Part shown: positions 1 through 13,815 of the stretch, piece by piece
How positions within the stretch are numbered: the stretch's first letter is position 1
Layout: each line of letters opens with the position of its first letter
Origin: Octopus vulgaris
Lineage: Eukaryota
Assembly: GCA_951406725.2 (NCBI GenBank)
Contig: OX597814.1
Span: 39,494,001-39,558,000 of the forward strand
DNA length: 64,000 nucleotides
Reading direction: 5' to 3'
Notes under the pieces: model-generated
Databases searched by the model: none
Seen by the model: the letters and a program-made list of their open reading frames with translations, nothing else
What the model was told of the DNA's origin: nothing
Position numbers and translations under genes: made by a program

Positions 1-1607
1 TCAGAACGGCATTGTTTTCGCCAGAAAAGTAGATATAAGTTTTTATCAAAGTTGTTTTGTATTCTATAATTTTCACAGATACTAAATACAATATTAATTG
101 TTATTGTCTGAGATTTTGGTGTAATTTGAGAGCATAATACAAAAGTTATGGATGATTTGGGGATTTACTGCAAAACCCACGGAGGCCAAAATGATCAGAA
201 CGGTTGAAAGAAATAACAAAACAATCAAAAATGACAGAAAATACTGGAATTATTTCATATTTAGTGTGAATCCCTTTAGCTTCAATCACACTTTGACATC
301 TTCGACTGCATGAGGAAATTAAATTTTCAATATCTTGCTAGGTGATCTTATTCCATTCTTCCTGAAGGGCATTCCATAATTGCTCGGTTGTTTTAGGATT
401 TCTGGCTTCCAAACGTTCTCCTAGAATATTCACACATTTTCAATAGGATTGAGATCTGGGCTTTGAGCAGGCCAATCCATAATAATAACCTTTTCAGCCT
501 TGAGGAAGTTCATGACCACCTTAGCCTTGTGACATGGGGCATTGTCCTGCATGAATATGGGTGGTCGCTTAGTTGAATTTCTCAGCACAGGCAAGACATG
601 ATCTTTTACAAGTTGTTTATAAACTCCTGACTTTACCTTTCTATGTAATCGCACCAAAGAGCCCACACCATCTCCAGATATCATTCCCCCAAACCATGAC
701 ACTTCCTCCACTGAATTTAACACTAGTCTTAAGGCATTTAGGCGACAATTTTTCATCTACTTTTCAACGAACAAACCTTTTCCCATCTGAGCCAAATAAC
801 ATAAACTTAGATTCATCACTGAAATGCACCGTTTGCCATTTTTCTTCAGACCACAACACATGTTCGGTTGCAAAAGTAAGACGACACTTTTTATTTTTGG
901 AGCTGATCAGTGGCTTCACTGTAGGAGATCTTCCTTTTATGTTATGTTCAACTAAACGATGGGACACAGTTTTTCGAGATAACGTTTTCTTCAGTACAAA
1001 GCTCATTTCCCGAGAAACAGCAGCAGCAGCAGCTTTAAATCTGCCCTTTTTAACCAACTTTGCCATAGCACGATCTTCTCTCTTTATCGTCTTTCTTGGC
1101 CTACCTGTAGACTTTCTTGCTTCACATGAACCACAATCATCGAAGACCTTATGAATACCGTGAACAACACTTTTTGACTTGTTAACAATCTTTGCAATAG
1201 ACCCAATACTTAAATTATCCTTCTTTCGATGCTTAATAATCTGCTGACGAATTGGTAACGGAGTAAGTGGCATTATATTAACAAAGTACTCTGCAGATAT
1301 TCTTACTAATATTTAGTAAACGAACCATCACGTAAACAAATTCAAAACATTCGCCAGTTAAATATACTAAACACGGAGTAAAAGCAACCGTTCTGATCAT
1401 TTTGGCCACCATGGGTTTTGCAGTAAACCATTAAATCATCAATACTTTTGTATAGTCCTCTCAAATTACACCAAAATCTCAGACAATAACAATTAATATT
1501 GTATTTATTGTGTGTGAAAATTATATAATATAAAACAACTTCAATAAAAACTTATACCTACTTTTCTGGCGAAGACAATGCCGTTCTGAACATTTTGGCC
1601 GCAACTG
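1..1607 (-). mobile_element. Tc1-family DNA transposon, IR/DR type (left end slightly cut by the window edge)
   Basis: 1-206 is the reverse complement of 1385-1589. The right TIR ends ...GGCCGCAACTG followed by TA at 1608-1609, giving a CAGTTG terminus. The motif GGCCAAAATG(A/T)TCAGAACGG occurs at both the inner and outer end of the TIR. A transposase relic lies between the TIRs. Confidence 0.95.
258..1273 (-). pseudogene. Tc1 DD34E transposase, disrupted by stops and a frameshift
   Basis: ORF 764-1273 has an HTH region, GRPRK and the first catalytic D (HFSDESKF). ORF 430-756 has QDNAPCH...SPDLNPIEN with 34 residues between D and E. Premature TGA stops at 764 and 430. The C-terminus ...EAKGIHTKY lies near 260. 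Confidence 0.93.
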
Positions 1608-1780
1608 TATATATATATATATACAGAGACAGAGAGAGAGATGCATAAGAATATAGATAGATCGTTAGTTAGATAGATAGATAGAGAGAGAGAGGGGTGG
1701 AGAAATTGAGAGAAGATTGATATATCTTTTTCCCCACTTTTACCTGTTTCAGTCATTGAACTCTGCCCATGCTATATTCA

Positions 1781-1785
1781 TGTGA

Positions 1786-1828
<43 letters not shown>

Positions 1829-1842
1829 AGTGTGTGTGTGTA

Positions 1843-1908
<66 letters not shown>

Positions 1909-1925
1909 TGTGTGTGAGTGTTTGT
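1781..1925. repeat. (TG)n microsatellite
   Basis: Direct reading. Confidence 0.95.
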
Positions 1926-2887
1926 ATAAAATAATTGATAGGGAAAACAGAGTGTACTACAAGCCCTCTTTATAGTTTGACGATCGTTTCTGCTAACATC
2001 AACACTGCGTCCTAGTGGGTACGGAACGATATAATGGAATCGAATGCACCTCACAGTGCAAGAGAAACATCATCAGGTCACATAATACGTCATATTTTAA
2101 AATCTCCTATCGAAACTTCCATTTACACACACAGTGCTGGTTGATATGCAATAACACTATCTCCCTCTCTCTTTTTTTCTCTTTCGCTCTCGCTTTCTCG
2201 TTTTCACTCTCTTGCTTTTACCAGTTTCTTTGATAATGATATCGCTGAAAAGATTGCGCACTGAATATATGCATATATGTCTGAATTATATGACGAATAT
2301 CTATCCAATAATGCATTCATTTTTGAGCACAATATTCTTGAAGAAGTGTATAAATATTTAGGTACTTAATATATGTATATGTTATTGTAAGTGCTTCGTC
2401 TTGGAAGTAAAAATCAATTTCTCGCACTTTTATCTGGACTGATGACTCAAATTATAAAATTATGCTAATACCTCTGAGACATGTTTGACATAAAACTTCA
2501 AATGAGAGTTCAATTTTACGATGATAAATGTGCATCAGTAACTCGTATGTGCATGTGTATGGGTAGTGTATGTCATTGTAGCTTGTAGATGAGTATATAG
2601 ATTTGAAGTATACATTCTTTTGTATCCATCCACTTTTATTCTCTTGCCGTGTCAGACCACTGGTTGATGACATTCTGACTCTCATATCTCAGTACCACTA
2701 TTCCTATTGTATGCTTTTTGTTTAGTTTATAAACGGCTTAGAGGCCTCAGGTGTTATGTACCTCTTCAAATGGCATTTGAATTTATTTCATTTAGTTCCA
2801 TATAGAATCTGGTGCATTGGAAAGAAAATTAGCGAACCAATACATAAATTTGTATAGGAAACTTTTCAATATTATGTTATTGTCCAA

Positions 2888-3288
2888 GATAGCGAGCTGG
2901 CAGAAGCGTTAGTACGCTGGACAAAATGCCGCTGGGTATTTTGCTCATCTTTACGTTCTGAGTTCAAATTTTGACTATGTTGATTTTGCCATTCAACCTA
3001 TCGGAGTTCGGTAAAATAAATACTAGTTGAATACTGAGATCGATGTAATGAATTTACTACTTACCCCCAAATTACTAGCCTTGTACCAAAATTTAGAATA
3101 ACTTTTATGTTATTGCTCTAGGCGGCGAGTGGTTAGAAAAGTTAGCACGGCGGTCAAAATACTTAGCAGTATTTCGTCTGTATTTAGCTTCTGATTTCAA
3201 CTGCTGCCGATTTCGAGCTCAATAATATAAGTACCAGTTGAGTACACGCTCCTCCAGAATTGCTGGCCTTGTACCAAAGTTTTAAATC
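2888..3288 (+). mobile_element. Two tandem degenerate family-A SINEs
   Basis: Heads (G)GCGAGCTGGCAGAA at ~2890 and GGCGGCGAGTGG at 3121. Both end in a GCCTTGTACCAAA tail matching other family-A copies in the window. Confidence 0.8.
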
Positions 3289-5330
3289 AATATTACGTTA
3301 TTAATGAGGACCATGTATCTGGCAGCATGCAGTAACACTCATCGCTAAAATTTTGTCGGCTTTCTGTCTAAATTTGTATATGCACTTAAACGAAGATCTT
3401 CCAATTAAATTCTACCGCGTCTTACATTCGAAACGACGTGTCCCAACAGTACCGCTCTATAGAATCAATTGTTTTCACTAGAACCGTATAGATTGTGTAA
3501 TACAGTAAACAAATTTACTTTACCTGATGATCATAATTTAGTGTTGAAAAATACAGATGGCTTATAATTTGTGTTTCACACACATGTAAAGTAAATTCCA
3601 TTTCCGTCTTTCTAAATTTTTTCCCCAATAGTTCCTTCATTTTCTTAGTCATATGAACATGAATGCACGTGTCATATCTCATTAGAATATTCCAGTATCA
3701 CACCTATTCTAATACTGAAAATTGCAAAAACTCCTACTCATGTGTATCGATGTTGTAATGTGCTTCAAAGCTGATAGCGAAATATTTGAAAATTTCCATT
3801 ACAGAATTTAATTAACCATTTATACTGAGGTGTTTCGTTTAGGCTTTTAGCAGCATCGGGGAGGGTGATTGCTATTTATTCTAAAGAAGTATCATCTTCA
3901 TGGTCGTTCCACTTACAATATACAATAACCAAGTTTTCTGAAAAAGAAATCCTTCTGCCTTTAAAAATGAATGGATGCTTATACATATCCTATAAGGATA
4001 CTTAAAGGAAAAAAAAATGTTATGACCTGATTGCCTTTGATTTAATAGATGTTGAATATAGGCTGACCTCGGAATAAACTAAACTGTAGTGACTTGTAAT
4101 CCAGTTGTCATGCTTAGATAACTTATTTCATTGATCGAATTACAGAATATCCTCATAATGTACAACTAAGCTATGTTAACATTTTCAGGTTTGACTTTAT
4201 TACACACTCTACTTTAACGAAGTGACATAATACTAATTTTAACTGAAATTGTATTGGTTAACACTTACTAATTAATTTTTCTCTCGGATATCAATCAGGT
4301 TATCCATGATAAATTCATTCCACGAGTTTTCATGTAAGGAAAAGACAGCTTCAGCATTATCATTCCGCTATGAAGTAGCACATATATCTACTTTCAATAT
4401 TCTTTAGACTAATTACCTTCAAGAAATCTTTAAAAATTTCGTTGCATGTTAATTGTTGGTCGGGAATTCATCACAATCTATAATTGAGTTAGAAACCTCG
4501 TCAAGGTTTTAGATAGTAGGTAATGTTATAAAAATACTTGCTCCTGGTATAAAAATTCATGTAAACAATGCAAGGCTTTTATCCAATTATATTTGTAATG
4601 AGAGGGTTATTTCTTTCGTACAATAACGGTATGCGGTTTCTACCCAAACTTGACTGAATTCCAAAGCGGTATACATACCGGATAAATATATATATATATA
4701 TATATACACTCAATTGCTGTTTTTTCTTAGGATGTAAACAATTACTTTGTTTCAAGTATAAAAATAATTGCCATCCTAAATTAACTTACCAATTTACTCA
4801 TTATATGAGACTATGTATAGTTTTTGTTAAAAGTCCAAATGCACCGATTTACCACTAAATCTGCTTTAAAATTAAGCGTCGGATTATACAATATAATTTA
4901 TCCTATTATAACTTTTAGTTCAGTATTTAACTAATTATTAACTTCTGTTTTCTCAAAACAGAGTTACGGTTTTTATAGATGTGTGTCCGTGTGTAGCTAC
5001 ATGTATGAGCATCTCTGCTAGTGCAGTGAGTTTACATATGAAGCCATGGAATGTTTTCTATCTATTTATGTATGTATCTAGGTAGCTAGCTAGCTAGCTA
5101 GCTAACTATCTATTTATGCAGTAATCTCACTCTCTCCACACATACACGCGCACGCACACACAGACTTACGCATATTCACACGCACACCCACACACATGAA
5201 TGTGTATCAAAGGAATACTTTTGAATATCTACTATATAACAAGATTTAATTAATAAGTGTACTATTTTATTATATTTCTGAGATTCACTTTATATATTAC
5301 TCTCACTCTTCCGTCTCTTACATGGTTGTA

Positions 5331-5664
5331 GTGAAGGCGCATGGCTCAGTGGTCAGAGCGGCCAGCTTACGATCGTGAGGTTGCGAGCTCGAATCCCGAA
5401 CCGGGCTGTGTGTTGTGTTCTTGAGCAAGACACTTTATTTCACGTTGCTCCAGTTCACTCAGCTGTAGAAATGAGTTGCGATGTCACAGGTGCCAAGCTG
5501 TATCGGCCTTTCCCTTGGATAACACTGGTGGCGTGGCGAAGGGAGGCCGGTATGCATGGGCGACTGCTGGTTTTCCATAAACAATCTTGCCCAGACTTGT
5601 GCCTGGGAGGGTAACTTACTAGGTGCAATCCCATGGTCAGTCATGACCGAAGGGGGTCCCCCCA
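5331..5664 (+). mobile_element. tRNA-derived SINE, family C, full length with an 11-bp TSD
   Basis: A-box TGGCTCAGTGG at 5342-5352, B-box-like GCTCGAATCCC at 5387-5397, central TTGAGCAAGACAC...CACTCAGCTGTA domain. TSD ACATGGTTGTA at 5320-5330 and 5665-5675. Confidence 0.9.
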
Positions 5665-7413
5665 ACATGGTTGTATGAATTTACAGTAAATCCGAAAGCA
5701 ACTGGGCAGCTTTAAAACTCATTCATTTTTACAATTTGCTAGTACCAGTAATTATTGCATTGTGAATGATAAATATCTTCCCTGGATGTGTCTTAGCTTT
5801 AAATAGAGAGCAACGAAATTAAATACTAGAATGCATGTTGCCTTATGATCGACTTTGCTGCCTCACTGCCTCAATTTACGTTTTCTATAGATGTCTATTC
5901 AATAGGCACAAAGGCATTTGTAAATAGGTTTGACGTATAATCATATTTATGTCTGCCAGTAAAATATTGTTAAATTCTATTTTCCAAATTGGGAGAGATT
6001 AAATATAAATTTGTCTAAGGTAGGAGTTGAACACCGTAGAGCATATAGAAAACTTGACAGATGCATTTCTCTTCATATATGTACCAATTAGCTACTTTTC
6101 GTATTTTCATACGTGGTTGTGCATAAAAACTTTATTCCATAAACCCTTTTGACCCATAACATGTTCCAAATATCAATACGTCTTATAAATATTATTCCTT
6201 TCAGAAATGTTAGAATGGGGGTTATCACCTTTGACGCTAAGAGCAGTAAAACGTGATTAATATATCGCTATGTCTAATATGCAAGATAAAATGTAAATGA
6301 CATTGTATTTCTGGTTATTCTTCTTTGTAAAATGGGTTGAGTATCAAAATATCATCGAACGCTGATGTTCGTGATAGACAAATCGAAATCCGAAATATTT
6401 CAATGCTGTTGTGACGTCAGATAATTATTCATTTACTTCCTATGGTTTCGATTTCTCTTCGTAGATGATGTATGCCAAATTTATTTGAGATGTATGTGAA
6501 CACGAAGAAATGTAATTAGTGTGAATCTTAAAATAAATATATTTAGCAAGATCCAAAAACGAGTATCAATCATATTGTTAATCTTAAACAGATTATAGTT
6601 TGTCTATAATCTGTTGAAGTAACATAAAATGAAATAAATAAATATTTGCAATTCAAGTATTATCAGGATTACAGAAGTTTAGCTGAGCATAATTCCATTC
6701 CAATCGATTTTCCACAATTTGGAAATGACACGTAAGAAATAGTGAAGAATTTATTCGTCAGCCATACTTATTGTCCAAAGACAGTTAAAAACCGGGACTG
6801 TAAAATTTAATGAAGATCTTAATGCCGTATTAAGATCTTAAATTATTATCAATCAAGCAGTCATATATTTGTACGCTAATTAATTATATAAGTCTGTTGT
6901 CTTGGCTACTACATTCGTCATTCGATAAAATATGTTTAATTATAACTTCCATGAAGGTGTACTAATATACTATAGAACATACTATAGCGGCATTAATTTT
7001 AAGAATGGGAATCTCATAAATGTTTTCTAGCTTTTGTTAAGATAGGATCAGGCAGGTTCCCGAAATATATATTCCTTGAAAATTATAAATATTGAATTTC
7101 ATCAGAAAATACATAAATTCCGGCAAAATGTACCATATTGTTAAAGGAGCTGTTTGTACTCGAATGAACAATATAAGCTCAAAGTTTGAAATAGAGACGG
7201 AAACGTGTAAGCGTACTATTTGGAATATTGAATTTTTCTAGTATATAGATACACATTGATTTTAAAATATGAGAATCCTACAAGAAAATAAAATGGATGC
7301 GTATCCTATATATATTATTATAAGAGAAACACAAGCTTGTTCGAATGCATTCTCTATCAATAACTAAGTAATTCAATGAAATACAATATTAATATAATGT
7401 AAATATATACATA

Positions 7414-7445
<32 letters not shown>

Positions 7446-8145
7446 GAAGTTAATGAAAGTGTCTGGGAAACAAATCTGTCTCCTTTTGTAATTACTACTA
7501 TCTATGGATGGCCAAGATTATTCATATTGAGGAAGAGTCCGGTTTCGTTTTATATACTATTTCATAATAATGCATTGGAATGTCAGTTGTGTGAGGTTTC
7601 GTTAGTGAACTTCTCACTATATTTTTCAGAGATAGTGTCATTATTTTTGTTTTTTATTACCATGATGGTATTTACAGCCCCAAAATACTTCCGTTCTGAC
7701 TACTTTCCTTGTTTGTTTTTTTTACAAATCACTAACTAAATTATCTAAAGTTTTCTTTCTGAGTTTATGATTCTGCTGTCAATTTGATGAAGTTTAGCTA
7801 ACATTTCGAGTAAGGCACTGACCATATAGTCGCTGTATTCGTTAGCAAATATCAAGTAATGCTTTTATCTTTTTCATACATTCTCATCATTAACAAAATG
7901 TTAAAGTATGAGTCATTGGATCAAGAGTAATCATTAGATTTGTAATAAGGAAGAATATACACAGACACTTTCATTTCTATTTGTTAGGGACTAGGAAAAT
8001 ATGCGTCAAGAACGTCGACATTCCATATAAAAGCTACTGCACCGCTTCGAAATCCTCATGCCGCGTGTTTTCATTGCATAGCATGTTAAGATTCGTGCTT
8101 GTCATGAAGCAAATCCCAACAGAATACTACATATGCTAACAATAA

Positions 8146-8322
8146 GAGTAGTAGTTTTAGTATTAGTAGTAGTAGTAACAGCAGCAGCAGTGGTGGTGTA
8201 GGTAGTGGTAGTAGTAGTAGCAGTAGTGATGTTGGCGGTGGTAATTGTGGTGGTGGTGGTGGTGGTAGTAGTAGTAGAAGTAGTAGTAGTAGTAGAAGTA
8301 GTAATATTAGTAGTAGTAGTAA

Positions 8323-8411
<89 letters not shown>
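8146..8411. repeat. (GTA)n/(GTG)n trinucleotide microsatellite
   Basis: Direct reading; source of the poly-T and poly-V ORFs. Confidence 0.95.
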
Positions 8412-8786
8412 TATTCTGAGGTCAGCAACCTATTCAAACAGACTTATGACTAGAAATACACCAAGTGTGTTCGAAAAGTCTTGTTAAAAGCATCACATGA
8501 TTCCTGAGAGGATAAGATACGACTTGAGCGAAATTTGGCTGCTACTTCTGTCAGATAGAATGACCACTTAGAAAGGCAAATTTCGATGAGTTGTTCATTT
8601 TATCGAGGCCCTGTTTAAAAGGGCAGAGTGTTACATCAGAAAAAAGTAAAACGTGGTGAGTGGGTGAATATGACATTTATTTAGTAGTTGGTTTTTCTAA
8701 GCTGGTTACCTACTTCAAATATGTTGGAGTTTAGCGACTTGAATTACGAGTAACTTAATTTTAGATTATATATGAATATATATGCA

Positions 8787-8830
<44 letters not shown>

Positions 8831-8840
8831 TATATATATA

Positions 8841-9069
8841 TTTCTTTACTACCCACAAGGGGCTAAACACAGAGGGGACAAATAAGGACAGACATAGGTA
8901 TTAAGTCGATTACATCGACCCCAGTGCGTAACTGGTACTTAATTTATCGACCCCGAAAGGATGAAAGGCAAAGTCGACCTCGGCGGAATTTGAACTCAGA
9001 ACGTAACGGCAGACGAAATACGGCTACGCATTTCGCCCGGCGTGCTAACGTTTCTGCCAGCTCACCGCC
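8841..9069 (-). mobile_element. Family-A SINE (tRNA-like head, Nin/Deu-like core GCCTTTCATCCTTTCGGGGTCGATAAA), young copy
   Basis: Near-identical reverse complement of 39912-40140; embedded in (TA)n. Confidence 0.9.
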
Positions 9070-9070
9070 G

Positions 9071-9377
<307 letters not shown>

Positions 9378-9422
9378 AGGCACTACACACATTTTTGTCT
9401 CTTCTTATTTCTCTTTTTGTTC

Positions 9423-9458
9423 CTTTCTGTGAAAGAGTGTAGGGTCGAAACGTAAAAC
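9423..9458 (+). ncRNA. Degenerate minimal hammerhead-like motif
   Basis: CTTT-CTG.TGA-A-AGAGT GTAG GGTC-GAAACGTA-AAAC; the core lacks one A and stem II has a mismatch. Confidence 0.4.
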
Positions 9459-10051
9459 AATTTTTCAATTCCCGAGCGTTATACTAATATATATGTATGA
9501 ACATGTACACACACACATAAGCACACATATACAAACACATGTTCATATTTGCAGGTAGGTGAAGAGGTAAGAAACAAAGAAACTACCGCACATCACACAT
9601 AGTTTGAATTGTATTAATTAATTATGTAGAAAGTGGTACAATCACAAATCAAGAACCGGGAAGCACTGCAAAGAAAACAAAAACAGAACAAACATGAATT
9701 TGTGTTTCACTTCCCCCACTTGAGGCATCGATAAAGAGTCACGCTAACTGATCTTTTGAATAAATGAGATTATTTGGTTGGTTTCCACGTCACGTAAGAA
9801 GAACATTCGCAGTTTCCCTGCATTACGTCAAATAATGTTATTAGAAATACTATTCTTAAATTGACAGCATCTTGCTTTCTGAAAAGTAGCAAGGAAAGTG
9901 TAATTTCTTTTTAAAACGAATTCTTCTTTATTTACAATTACAATTCATCCTGGTTCACAGAATTCCACTGATATAGCATGATGTTGCCCCATTGGTACCG
10001 TTGGCCAGAGTTTGAGTTAGGTGTAAACAATATATACATATACATACATAA

Positions 10052-10183
<132 letters not shown>

Positions 10184-10577
10184 GTAAGTTCGTGCCGTTT
10201 TATAGTAGCTTACCTTTCGACTTATTTTAGAACGTGGTTGTGTCCATAAAATAGAATTTGACTACAACTCTATTTAAAGCACAGTTTAAGCTATTTTTCG
10301 CGGAAGAAGATTTATGTTCCTATAACCTGTGTTAATTCTGTAATCCTTTAAATCGGAAGATAAGAAAGTTCATTTTCGCCACTTGATGCTTTGGGAACCA
10401 GACAAAAATTGCTGCAGCTCGGCTGGGATGTGTTTACCGCACTCTCCCTATTAACCAGATATTCTTCCTTCGGATTTCCACTTATTCAGGTGTCTGCAGA
10501 ATAGTCTTAATTGTAAAAAAATTTCAAATTTTTGGATGACATAAAAAAGATACCTTGATGAATTTTTTGCCATGAAG
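10184..10577 (+). mobile_element. Internally deleted mariner relic
   Basis: Reads EDKKVHFRHLMLWE, joined directly to RQKLLQLGWDV.PHSPY*PDILPSDFHLFRCLQNSL, which contains a decayed mariner YSPDLAPSD motif. Confidence 0.8.
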
Positions 10578-11155
10578 TGTGTGCGTGATAAGAAGCTCAC
10601 TTTCCAAACACATGATTCTGGGTTCAGTTTTCTGTTACAGCCTCGGGCCCGCCAATGCCTTATGAGTAGAATTGGCAGACGGAAAATAAAAGAAGCCTGC
10701 CGTATGTATGTGCGTATGTGTAACAGTATAAGTGTATGTATTTATGTACGTCTGTATGGATGGATGGATGGGTTGATGAATGCATGGATGCATAGACACG
10801 TGCATATTTTTCTAGCCTTCTCCACTTTGGGTTAAAATGCCTAATTAGTCGTCCTCCCGATGAGATTTCCAATACATATTTCTCGCCACATGTAATCGCC
10901 ATTCTCTTTTTCACATTCATATTGCTCAGCTTTCTCCTACTCTCACCGTCACCTCTCATCCCGCTCCCACTTCTCTATGTTCCACCCCTCATTCACTCTG
11001 CACCTACTGCCACACCTATCCCTCACCCCCTGCGTACTCTTTATCATGACTGTGAATCCCTTCTATACTCTTTTCTGTTTGACTCGCTGCTTTCAGTGTT
11101 ACCATTCGAAACACACGTAATCAATAAACTGTGTCTTACTGTTTAAGTGAATGCT

Positions 11156-11205
<50 letters not shown>

Positions 11206-12474
11206 CCTGTTTTTATATGTGTGTACATTGTTTTATGGCTGCTGTGCTTAAATAATACATGTACCTGATGAACAAACACTTGCCGGAAAGTGTTGAAAAT
11301 ATCACTTATCAGTATGTGATATTGAGTAACTAAAGATGGTAGCACAAGTGTGTGATCCCAGTAACAAGGTCCATCTTAAATACGATTCAATTTGTGCGTT
11401 GATAATGTAGCTTTATGTTATGCAGCATAATGCAAAGGTGTTATAAGTGAATCTGCACTTCTGCATGTATTCAATCACTGAAAACTATTTACAGTCAAAT
11501 GCGCAAGTGTTGAGCATAGAATGAATACAATATGACGATTCAGCGCCAGAACCCAGCGGATTTTATTCACTTTTATTCGCTAGAAGTAATGACTTGCATT
11601 CGATTTAACTGTGAATTCTCGTTGTTGCTTTGTTGGCTCTCCTATAGTTAATCATGTTTTCTTGGAAGAGTTCCTAATATGAATATATTAAAAGATTATG
11701 ATATCACACTTCTTATAGACAAAATGGGTTTGACTTTGCCTTACTTAAAATATATTAAACCATCTTCATTTTTTATAAAGTAGACATTTGTATAATAACA
11801 TTACGGTTAAATAAATATACGCCATACTAAAATTAATCGATCGCCATCAGGAGTTTTCAGTTTATATGTCATCAAGTTCAAGTTAGCCTTTCATCCTTTC
11901 GTTAGCGAAATAAATTCTGAGCACTAGCGCAGGTGTAATAGAATAGTCTTGTCTCTTTATCAGAAGGAAAATAAACATTTGACTTCTGACGCGAATGCTA
12001 AGAAAAGCCTAAAAGTTTAATTTCTAAAATGTAAAATACACAGTGACAAACCAATATGCACGCTGACATGAATGCATATTTAAGCACTCATACAAACAGT
12101 CATACACACAAGCCGACCCAACAGACAAGCATCACACATACACACATGTATATCATTGTGCAATATATGTAAATATATTTTACATGGCACAAACATGACT
12201 TGATATGGGAGTCAATCTGTTCTCTGCTAACTCAGAGTTTTGACTAACGTGATGCTATTTTCGGCTGCCATGAGCATTTTTTTTAAAGATGCAATAAAAC
12301 GGTTATAATTTTCTGAAATAACGTTCTGAATATGTTGTAGTGTTTTTAATGCATTTAGAGATCACTTGATTAGGTTTATAGAGCTTTTATAATGAAGATC
12401 ATATTTGTAAAGAAATATCCTTTTTTTCTCAAAATTCAAAAGTACTGTAAATCTTACTCATTCTGTTCGCGCTG

Positions 12475-12476
<2 letters not shown>

Positions 12477-12544
<68 letters not shown>

Positions 12545-12662
12545 CGAGAGAAAGAAGATAGAGAGAAAGAGAGGGAGAGAGAAAGAGAGATAGAGAGAAA
12601 GAGAGATAGAGAGAAAAAGAGATAGAGAGAAAGTGAGATAGAGAGAAAGAGATAGAGAGAGA
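12477..12662. repeat. (AG)n-rich microsatellite
   Basis: Direct reading. Confidence 0.9.
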
Positions 12663-12667
12663 GTTGC

Positions 12668-12809
12668 ATAGCTGTGGCTCTGTGGTATGAACTTTGCTTC
12701 ACAGCCACTTGATCCTGTGTTATTATGGGAGAGTGTTTTTTCCTTGCACTATAGTATCGCGCCAACTAAAGCTTTGTGAGTGGATTTGGTAGACAGAAAC
12801 TGTCTGCCA

Positions 12810-12906
<97 letters not shown>

Positions 12907-13115
12907 GTGTGTGTGTATGTGTGTGTGTGTGTGTAAGTGGTGTTTTTGTCTCTGTGTTTCCTTACACGTATTGTAGCAGTTCGGGCATAGAATTCGATAG
13001 AATAAGCACCAGGCTTGAAAAACCATAAGTATTAGTGATGATTCGTTTGATAAAATACTCTTCATAGTGGTGCCCAGGTATGGCCACAGTCTAATGACTG
13101 AAACAAGTAACAGAT
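12668..13115 (+). mobile_element. Degenerate family-B SINE with an internal (TA)/(TG) tract
   Basis: TTGTGAGTGGATTTGGTAGACAGAAACTG head part and GGCCACAGTCTAATGACTGAAACAAGTAA tail match 55720-56106. Confidence 0.75.
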
Positions 13116-13226
13116 TAATGATATATATATACATGCATGCTTGTGTTCATCGCAACTCTATGAGGTCAAAACTGAAAAAAATATACTTACAAACTGGTTA
13201 TTGGATATTAGTTTACATGTAAAAAA

Positions 13227-13625
13227 GGCGGCGAGCTGGCAGAATCGTTAGCACGCCGGGCAAAATGCTTAGTAGTATTTCGTCTGCCGCTACGTTCAGT
13301 TCAAATTCAGCCGTGGTCGACTTTGCCTTTCATCCTTTCGGGGTCGATAAATTAAGTGCCAGTTACGCACTGGGGTCGATGTAATCGACTTAATCCGTTT
13401 GTCGGTCCTTGTTTGTCCTCACTGTGTTTAGCCCCTTGTGTGTAGTAAAGAAATAGGTATTTCACCCTTTGCTATGTTCAGAGTCCAAATTCCGCCGAGG
13501 TCGACATTGCTTTTCATTCTTTCTGGTTCGATAAATTAAGAACCATCGAAACACTGGGGTCGATGTAATTGACTAGTCTCGTTCCACCAAATTTCAGGCA
13601 TTGGACCTATTGTAGAAAAGACTAT
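13227..13625 (+). mobile_element. Long (head plus two cores) family-A SINE with a 12-bp TSD
   Basis: The core GTCGAC(T/A)TTGC..TTCAT.CTTTC.GG.TCGATAAATTAAG occurs twice. TSD TTTACATGTAAA at 13212-13223 and 13626-13637. Confidence 0.9.
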
Positions 13626-13764
13626 TTTACATGTAAATAAAACAAAAAACAAAATCTCTGAATAACGAGACACATCGCATAATGCAAAAAGAAAAACAAC
13701 GTCAGGACAAGGTCTCTTTCTCCAAGGACTTTATTTCTACATATATACATGCATATATCTGTGC

Positions 13765-13815
<51 letters not shown>

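Noticed and set aside
573-1154. 193-aa plus-strand ORF
   Set aside because: Antisense shadow of the Tc1 transposase, with no recognisable motifs.
5331-5410. Possible tRNA gene
   Set aside because: The cloverleaf is imperfect, and the sequence continues into a SINE body bounded by an 11-bp TSD.
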